Shown: piece by piece, positions 51,601-64,000 of the stretch
Numbering within the stretch: position 1 is the first letter of the stretch
Layout of the letters: every line of letters starts with the position of its first letter
Assembly: GCA_963843135.1 (NCBI GenBank)
Contig: CAWJJA010000018.1
Span: 310,017-374,016, forward strand
Source: an uncultured Actinomycetota bacterium
GTDB lineage: Bacteria > Actinomycetota > Actinomycetes > Mycobacteriales > Mycobacteriaceae
Length of the DNA stretch: 64,000 nucleotides
Direction: 5' to 3'
Translations under genes and position numbers: made by a program
Notes under the pieces: model-generated
Seen by the model: the letters and a program-made list of their open reading frames with translations, nothing else
The model's database searches: none
Told to the model about the DNA's origin: nothing

Positions 51601-53548
51601 AGCGCTCCCCGCACACCAGCGCCACCGTCTCCGGGGCACTCGCAACATGCGTGGCGAACAATTCCGGAATCGAGAACCGGACGGGTGCCGGCTGCGCCAG
51701 CACCGCGCGGTTGCCCCACTGATCAAGCCGGTGGTGCTCGGTGGCATTGAGCAGGTCGATCGACGACACCCGCGTCATCGGATCGGCGGTCATCGCCACC
51801 AACAGGCCCTTCAGCCTCTGGACGAGAACGTCGATGCCGCCGGTGTCGAAAAGCTCGGTGTCGAATTCGACGCGCAGACCCAACTCGTGACCCGGGATGG
51901 CCACCACCGAGAGTGGGTAATGGTTGTATTCGCGGCTGTTGAACTCAGTCATGGTCAACTCGTGCACCCCCAGTAACGCGGCGGCGTCGATCGGATAGTT
52001 CTCGTAGACGAAAACCGTGTCGAACAGTTGATCGTGACCAGCGATTCGGTGAATTTCGTTGAGCGGCAGGTGCTCGTGCTCGATGGTGTCGTTGTGGTGC
52101 TGCTGGAGCTGACCCAGCAAGTCGGCGACGGTGGTGGTCGCGGAGACGCGCGCCCGCACCGGCACCGTGTTGATCATCAAGCCCACCATCGAGTCCGCCC
52201 CGGCGAGCTCGGCAGGCCGGCCCGAAACCGCAGTGCCGAACGCGACGTCGTACTGGCCGGTCTGCCACATCAGCAGCTGCGCCCAAGCGGCCTGCAGCAC
52301 GGTGCTGATGGTGGTGTGGCAGGACCGCGCCAACTCACCAAGGGCGTGCGTGGTGTCGGCGTCGAGTCGGAACGATTCGTGGCTTCGCCGCCCCGCCTGG
52401 GCCGGGGAACCCACCAATGTGGGGGTGTCGAATCCGTCGAACACCTCGCGCCAAACCTGTTGGGCGGCAGGCCGATCCTGATCGGCAAGCCAGGCCACAA
52501 ACCGTCGGAACGGCGCGGGCGGGGCCAGCCGATCGCCGAAATAGCTGGTGAATATCTCCTGCAGCAGGATCGGCTTCGACCAGCCGTCGAGCACGATGTG
52601 GTGGTTGGTGAGCACAAACCGGTGCTGGTTGGCTGCGGTGCGGATGAGCGCCGCCCGGAAATGCGACCGGTCGGCAAGATCGCAGACCGCGGCTCGCTCG
52701 GCGGCGCACAACTGCTCGATCTCTGTCTCGGACCCGCGGTCATCCCAGCGAAGATCCAGATACCGCCAGGCCATCACCGGGTCAGCGGGGATGATCTGGA
52801 CCGGCTCGCCGAACTGTTCAGAGAAGCGGGCCACCAGATTCGGGTGGCGGCGAATCACGGTGTCCACCGCCTCACGCAGCCGACCCGAGTCGAGCGGGCC
52901 GGTAATGGTGATATCCAGCTGCACCGCATACAGATCGTCGTCGGAACCCTCGGCGAAGCGCGCGTGGAACAGCAGGCCCCGCTGCAACGGGGTCAGCGGC
53001 AGCACATCGCTGATGTCGTGCTGCTCGCACAGCTCGTCGATCTGCTGCTGGCTCAGTCGGGCCGGAGCAAGATCGGAGGGCGTCAACCCGCCGCCGCCGT
53101 CGCGCACGTGTGCACAGATGCCGGTCAGGGCCTCGAACCACAGTTGGCTCAGCCGTTCGACCTGCGCCTGATCGACTGCCGAGGGTGCCCACGTCCAGCC
53201 GGCCTGCAGTTGCGGACCGTCATCGGTGTCGAGGGTGCCGGCATTGAGATCCACGGTGTGCATCAGCGGCATCGCCACCGCTGAGGCCGCGCCGGTTGAC
53301 GACAAACTGTCGTGACTGAGCTGCCAGAAGTCATCGGAGAGGTCGCCCGCGCCTGCGCCGAGACGACCCAGGTAGTTGAACCCGATGGTCGGGTCCGAGG
53401 CGCCCAGATCGACGTCGGGGTTGAGGTAGCGCAGCAGACCGTAGGTCAAACCGTCCGGCAGTGCGCGCAGCTGCTCCTTGGCGTTCTTGACAACCGGCCC
53501 CAACGCAGCGTCACCGGCGGTGACCTGTGCCCACGACAACCCGCCAAC
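48602..53548. repeat. paralogous block A of a roughly 4.9-kb duplicated NRPS segment (E-tail/C/A/T/R)
   Basis: It is collinear with 59073-64000. For example, 53509-53548 is identical over 40 nt to 63961-64000. The C-termini are [11 protein letters not shown] and [11 protein letters not shown]. Confidence 0.8.
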
Positions 53549-56406
53549 GGTCAGACGACACCGGGTACTTGGTGGTGAACCAGCCCACCGTGCGCGACAG
53601 GTCGATGTTGGGGGCCAGCTCCTCGTTGCGCCCGTGACCCTCCACATCGAAACCGATCGGCGCCCCATCCGTACCAAGGAATTCCGCAGCCGCCAACCCG
53701 AACGCAATCAACAGGATGTCTTGTACCCCAGCGTGAAACGCCGCAGGCACCTCGCCCAGCAGGGATCGCGTCGTCTCGACATTCAGCGCCACCGACAACT
53801 GCCCGGCGCTGACATAGGTATCCACCGCAGGCTGCACCGCCGGCAGTGCCGCCGGGGTCTGCTCCACTTGCCGCCATGCCGCGGCGTGATCGGCGACCTC
53901 CGGGCGACGCGCATATTCATCGAGCAGCGAGGCCCACCGCTTGAACGATGTTCCGCCCGTGGGCAATTCCACCGGCTGCCCGTTGTGATGCAGGGCCCAG
54001 GCGATGTTGAAGTCTTCGATCAGGATCCGCCACGACACCCCGTCGACGGCCAGGTGGTGAATCATCAACGCCAACTGGCCGGTGTCGGGCACCCACAGCG
54101 CGCTGAGCATCGCCCCGGCGCCCGGATCCAACCGCGAGCGCGCCGCTGCCAGTGCATCGTCTGACAACACATCCACCACGTGAACGCGATCACCGGCGTT
54201 CACCGAACCCGGCTCGGGCACTGTCAGCGACCATCCACCGGCGCCGTCATCATCGGCGCGCAACCGCAGCGTGGCGTGCCGATCCAGCAGCGCCTGCAAC
54301 ACGACCACCAGCTCGTCGGCGGTCGCGCCCCGTCGGAGCCTGCAGCACCAGAGTCTGGTTGAACTCGCCGACCGGGCCGTCAACACTCTGCAGCCAGCGG
54401 ATGATCGGGGTGGCCGTCACCGGCCCGACGCCGTCATCTGTCGCGTCGGCGTCACCGCCGGCAACCTTGGCCACGCGCGCCAGATGGGCCACGGTCTGCT
54501 CGACGAAGACGTCGCGGGGCCGGCACAGCACCCCGGCGGCACGTGCCCTCGCCACCACCTGCATCGACAGGATGCTGTCGCCACCCAGGTCAAAGAACGA
54601 GTCATCGACGCCGACCCGCTCCACACCCAGCACCTGGGCATAGATATCGGCCAGGATCTCCTCGACCGCGGTCCCCGGGGCACGGTAGCGAGCTCCGAGG
54701 CCGCGGTATTCCGGTGCGGGCAGGGCACGCTTGTCCAACTTGCCGTTGACCGTCAGCGGCATGGCTTCGAGGGCCACCACCGCGGCCGGCACCATATAGG
54801 CCGGAAGGCGGTCCGCCAGCGCGCCACGTATCCCGGCCGGGTCTGCGGTCCCGGTGATGTACCCCACCAGGCGCTTATCGCCGGGACGATCCTCGCGCGC
54901 GATCACCGCGGCCTGAGACACCCCGTCGAGCGCCGCCAGTGCGGCCTGCACTTCGCCGAGTTCGATACGGTAGCCGCGGATCTTGACCTGCTCATCGGCG
55001 CGACCCAGATAGTGCAGCTGGCCGTCCTCGCCCCACCGCACCAGATCACCGGTGCGATACATCCGCGCCCCCGAGCCCCCGAACGGGCACGCCACAAATC
55101 GCGACGACGTCAGAGAGGACCTGCGCATATAGCCGGTCGCCACCCCACGACCGGCGACATACAGCTCACCGACCGCGCCGTCCGGGGTCGGCCGCAACCA
55201 CTTGTCGAGCACGATCAGCGCCGCCCCTGGCACCGGCGAACCGATCGGGGCCACCGCCGACCCCGGTGTCAGCGGTTCGCTCATCGCCGCGTAGATCGTC
55301 GCCTCGGTCGGGCCGTAAGCGTTGATCATCACCCGCTCAGCGGTCGCCCACCGATTCACCAGCTCGGTCGGGCAGGCCTCGCCGGCCACTACCAGGGTCG
55401 TCGACTCCAACCCTTCCGGTGCGAGCATTCCTGCTGCCGAAGGGGTTTGGCACAGGACGCTCACCTTTTCGGTGATCAGCAATGCGTGGAGATCGTCCGG
55501 CGAGGTCGCCGACTCGGGCACGACTACCAGCCGCCCGCCGTGCAGCAGTGCACCCCAGATCTCCCACACCGAGACGTCGAAAACGAGGGAGTGCCATTGC
55601 GACCACACCTGACCCGGCCCCGCCGGGAGACTGGCGTGCAGAGACTCCAGTAGCTGGGTGACGTTGTGGTGGGTGACCGCCACGCCCTTCGGGACACCAG
55701 TGGTGCCCGACGTGTAGGTCATGTAGGCCAGGTCATCGGAGGCCGGGGTGGACAGTGCGGTGCAGGGTTGGGCGGCGACGGCGGGATCATCGACATCGAT
55801 GACCAGGACGTCGGAACCATCCAGCCGCGACTGCAGGCCCGCCGTGGTGATCGCGACGATCGGCGTGGCGTCCTCGATCATGAATTGGATCCGGACATCG
55901 GGGTGCGCGGGGTCGATCGGCAGATACGCGGCACCCGTCTTGAGGACCGCCAAGATCGCGGTGATCGCTTCGGCGGACCGCGGAATCAGCAGCGCCACAA
56001 CCTCGCCCGGGCGGGCGCCTCGGGCTGCCAGCAGATGAGCCAACCGGCTGGAGGCCTCATCCAGCTCGCGATAGGTCCACGACCGCTCACCACCCACCAG
56101 CGCCACCGCGTCCGGAGCACGGTCCACCTGCGCGGCGAACAACACCGGAATCGACACCGGTGCGCTCGCCGACTCGGTCAGCACGGCCCGGTTGCCCCAC
56201 TCGGCCAGCAGGTCGTGATCGTCGGCATCGAGCACATCGATCGACAGCAATCGCCGTCCCGCATCAGTTGTCACGACTGTTCCCCCAAATCGGCGGTCAT
56301 GGCCAACAGCTCCCCGGCTGCGGCGTTCCGCCATCGCTACTTCGCTCGGCAAACGGCTGCTCAGAGCCCACCGTGCCGCGAAGACTTTGTTGACCCTGGA
56401 GAACAT
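48602..56406 (-). pseudogene. non-ribosomal peptide synthetase NRPS-1, (C remnant)-A-T-E-C-A-T-R, Mps2-like, read in three frames
   Basis: Module 1: A domain ([32 protein letters not shown]), T-domain Ser codon at 54574-54576, E domain HHLAVDG at 54039-54059. Module 2: C domain HHIVLDG at 52583-52603, A domain, T-domain Ser codon at 50090-50092. The terminal reductase ([13 protein letters not shown]) runs from 49807 to the stop at 48602-48604. Frame breaks lie at about 54321-54331 and about 53548-53560. The N-terminus begins in the C-A linker. Confidence 0.85.
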
Positions 56407-56484
56407 GCGCCAAGAAGCGCCCCGACACCGACGGCTCGTGGGCTGCGGCGATGGTCGAATACCGACGCATCCGCAAATATTTGG

Positions 56485-56663
56485 TCAAGCCTCCGGCGCG
56501 GCCGACGACGGTCGGTTCCAGTAGGACCGACGCGGCTGGCATCTTCGCATCACACTCGTCCGCGGCGCTGGGCACTTGGTGAAGGCTGGCCATAAGCTGT
56601 GTTGCTCCTCCTCGTTGACTATGACGAAAAAGCTCAATTGTCGTCGTCGAGAGGTTTGATGCT
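56485..56663 (-). pseudogene. MbtH-like protein remnant (multiple frame breaks, 3' half not recognisable)
   Basis: The diagnostic MbtH core SFFVIVNEEEQHSLWPAF is encoded at 56587-56634. The preceding SIKPLDDDN (56637-56663) is in a different frame. No frame continues with the usual PAGW...WTD...RP half. Confidence 0.55.
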
Positions 56664-56847
56664 CCTTTTCCTCCAGGATCTCTAGTCCACTCAGCAAACA
56701 TACGTCAGGCCATCGGATTGGTCGGCGTTTTCGAGTTCTTCTTAATTGTCGTTGTATTGACGAGCGCCAGAGCGTGCAGCCGCGGAGCCGAGCCGTCGCA
56801 ACCGCCGGCTACCTCGCAGAACGCGATATCAGGTCCACAATGTCGCC

Positions 56848-57690
56848 TCAGTGTGGCGGCCTCATGATCAGCCCCTGACCGGTGGGCAACGTGCAGATCG
56901 CCACACCCAATTCATTAGCCAATCTGTCCATTGCGAGGCGCTGTTCATCACGTCCCCGATTGGCGTAATCGTCCAAAAGTACAAAAGCGCCCGAGGTCAG
57001 TCGCGGCCAGAAGAAGCGCAGCGCCGCAACTTCTGGCGGAGCGCAATTCATGTCGATATGCAGGTAGGCCACTGTCTGGGCGTCGACCTGATCGAGCGTT
57101 TCGGGCACCGTACCGGCGATGATGCGCACGTTTTGCCACTCCGCGAAATTGGCTCGCACGCTGTCGACCGAATTGGCGTAGTAACCGAAGCGCACGGCTG
57201 CCTCGCTCGCGTCCAGCGCGCCCGTCTCTCGTTCGACATCAGTGACGAAGCGTGGATCCATCCCGCCGAACGTATCGAGCAGGTAGAAGGTCTTGCCCAG
57301 CCGGTCCCAGTCGAGATGCTGCATGATGCCGCTGCTCAAGAACCCGTGGCTGCAACCGCACTCGACGAAATCACCCTCGAGCTTGCTGGCGCTTTCCGCC
57401 GCCCACATCCCGACCTGAAACCGCCACTCCCAGTGATAGAAGTCCTCGCCGCCGAGAGCTTGCACGCCACGTTGATAGTTGCGCCGGAACTCCGGGTCGT
57501 CCCGAAAATCGTCGCTGTTGAAACAAATCAACGCGTCATCGGAGTAGACGTCAGGAAGGAAGGTCCGCGGTATCCAATACCCCGTACGCAGGAAGAACCA
57601 CATAAGCCGGAAGCTCTTGGGCCACGTCTTCATTACCCCCACGGCGGAAACCATATATCGGGGTGCACGGCTTCTGAGGCAAAAGAACAC
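56848..57690 (-). CDS. TylF/Methyltransf_24-like SAM-dependent O-methyltransferase, up to 280 aa (start uncertain)
   Basis: Translation shows DFVECGCSHGFLSS, YLHIDMNCAPPEVAALRFFWPRLTSGAFVLLDDY. The ORF is intact and sits inside the NRPS locus. Confidence 0.7.
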   Translation of the reverse strand: MFFCLRSRAPRYMVSAVGVMKTWPKSFRLMWFFLRTGYWIPRTFLPDVYSDDALICFNSDDFRDDPEFRRNYQRGVQALGGEDFYHWEWRFQVGMWAAESASKLEGDFVECGCSHGFLSSGIMQHLDWDRLGKTFYLLDTFGGMDPRFVTDVERETGALDASEAAVRFGYYANSVDSVRANFAEWQNVRIIAGTVPETLDQVDAQTVAYLHIDMNCAPPEVAALRFFWPRLTSGAFVLLDDYANRGRDEQRLAMDRLANELGVAICTLPTGQGLIMRPPH

Positions 57691-57816
57691 TTCGCGGAGT
57701 GGACAGCTGGGAGAGGCGCTATGCGTGCAAGCCGTATCTGCTGAGTGCAGGCATCAATAGGTGGCGATGCGGGTCACGACATTGGCCCGCCACCGCATCA
57801 CCGAACCCTGGTCCGG

Positions 57817-58155
57817 TCAGTAGTTCTGGCAGCTGGCAAACATCTGCTGGATAACCGGAAAGGCTTCCGCTGCACCCGGGTTGTTCCGCACCTGGCTGAT
57901 CAGATTCCTGCGCTGGTCCGGTGACGAACCGACGAAGACGCGCAAGAATTCCAGATTCGGCGGAGACGAGTCGAGGTATTGCGCCGCCATCGGATTCTCT
58001 GCGTGAACCGCTGCCATCGCCTGATCGTAAGTGCAGGTGGTATTGATCATCGGCTCGAACTCAGGCTGAGCGGACGCAACCCCGGCCGCGGCGGCCAACG
58101 ACACTGCCAGGCCGCCTGCTGCGGCAGTCAGCCCGGTCAACGACAGTTTGATCAT
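57817..58155 (-). CDS. secreted TB8.4 (Rv1174c)-like / hemophore-related small protein, 112 aa
   Basis: ATG 58155 follows GAAGGA. The signal peptide is MIKLSLTGLTAAAGGLAVSLAAAAGVASA. The mature part is PMINTTCTYDQAMAAV...FLRVFVGSSPDQRR...ASCQNY, with the two family cysteines. Confidence 0.8.
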   Translation of the reverse strand: MIKLSLTGLTAAAGGLAVSLAAAAGVASAQPEFEPMINTTCTYDQAMAAVHAENPMAAQYLDSSPPNLEFLRVFVGSSPDQRRNLISQVRNNPGAAEAFPVIQQMFASCQNY

Positions 58156-58270
58156 GTATCGATCCTTCCCCTGCTGAGCCCAATTCAAAAACCCCGCCCG
58201 AACCGGACTCTAAACGCCCAGCGCAAACCTCGCCTGATTATTCAGCAAGCAATCGCAAGGTGGGCAGCCG

Positions 58271-59069
58271 TCAGGCGAGGCTGAAGCCCCTGGCAAGCTG
58301 CCAGATCGCGATGAGCACAAAGAAGACGAAGAGAATGTGTCGATTGTGGGCGCGCGCCCACTCGTGCAGCGGCCGCAGCAAGGACTTCGGTTCGCTGTGG
58401 AGCAACCAGATAACTGATCAAGACGATTTCGAGCACCGCAAGGAAGCCGACGACGAACGCGATGGCAGCGACGACCTGCTCGCCGATTCCGGCCCCCGAG
58501 GCCACGATGGTGGTGTCTATGAGCAGCACCAGCGTGACTGACGGCAGATACATCATGCCGAATACCAACGCGACCCACACCGACCCGTTCTCCCATGTGG
58601 TGAGGAGGCGGCCATACATGCGCTGGATGGCCGACACGACCTGGACGACCATATTCTTCGCGTGACCCAGCGGCCCAGAGGCCGGGGGCGACTCATGTGA
58701 CTCGAGCACCATGGTCGACGCGTCGCCGCCCCCTGCCGGTGTATTTGCGCGCTCACGCACTCGAGGACGTGCCATCACGGCGGCCATCGCAAACAACACC
58801 ACAGCCAACACAAGTGGCGCCGGCCGGATTACGCCCGGTGAGGCGTCAGCCGAACTGGCCATACCGTCCGCGAACGAAGCGAACCCGGATGTCATGTGCA
58901 GCAATGCCAACGGAACCAGGAACAACGGAATGTTCACCAGCATCGCGCCGAGCCAGTACACAAACAGGTTCTGCACCGGCCGCGGCCGGGAGATGACAAG
59001 CAGGATCATCCCGAGCAGCATCGGATTGAGCGATATCAGAAGCGCGAGCCCCAGGAGCGAACCCCACAT
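58271..59069 (-). pseudogene. gap: GAP-family (GPL-addressing-protein-like) integral membrane protein, frame break near the 3' end
   Basis: The N-terminus is MWGSLLGLALLISLNPMLLGMILLVISRPRPVQNLFVYWLG. After ...APQRTEVLAAA the plausible continuation LHEWARAHNRHILFVFFVLIAIWQLARGFSLA* lies in another frame (break at about 58370, stop at 58271-58273). ATG 59069 is 3 nt from the NRPS-2 stop. Confidence 0.7.
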
Positions 59070-59072
59070 ACG

Positions 59073-64000
<4,928 letters not shown>

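Overview
High-GC actinobacterial chromosome segment of Mycobacteriaceae type, read by eye (no searches run). No rRNA, tRNA or CRISPR array was seen.

Layout, left to right:
- 1-4.1 kb: fadE24/fadE23-like acyl-CoA dehydrogenase pair, an MDR quinone oxidoreductase and an antigen-85 mycolyltransferase.
- 4.4-11 kb: TetR-linked catabolic cluster. It holds an ACAD-fold flavin monooxygenase, a small PNPOx/F420-type protein, a homogentisate-dioxygenase-like cupin, an alpha/beta hydrolase, a family III CoA-transferase and an HMG-CoA-lyase-like enzyme.
- 11-14.3 kb: frameshifted TetR, then an ACAD / APH-kinase / small-protein triad (LvaC/LvaA/LvaB- or ACAD10/11-like).
- 14.3-16.4 kb: methyltransferase, SnoaL-like protein, YceI-like protein and an Rv3143-like orphan receiver.
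- 16.5-32 kb: complete, intact nuoA-N operon. Every junction is stop/start-coupled except nuoD-nuoE, which carries a MIRU-like 2 x 33-bp repeat encoding a bridging mini-ORF.
- 32-41 kb: echA, TetR, a second APH with a coupled unknown protein, two tandem EthA-type Baeyer-Villiger monooxygenases (one broken by three indels), an F420-dependent LLM oxidoreductase and aofH.
- 41.3-42.8 kb: a 1.58-kb IS3-family element with a GGGAAAA -1 frameshift site.
- 42.9-48.6 kb: hydrolases, a quinone oxidoreductase, a frameshifted EEP nuclease/phosphatase and htpG.
- 48.6-64 kb (all on the minus strand): a glycopeptidolipid-type NRPS locus.

The NRPS locus is the most interesting part. It contains two paralogous Mps2-like synthetases ending in E-C-A-T-R. 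They flank a gap-like membrane protein, a TB8.4/hemophore-related secreted protein, a TylF-like methyltransferase and an mbtH remnant. The locus shows a mosaic A-domain, a 5'-truncated synthetase and several frame disruptions.

About a dozen frame disruptions sit in accessory genes, while the 15.5-kb nuo operon has none. Real gene decay and assembly indel error cannot be separated from this sequence alone.
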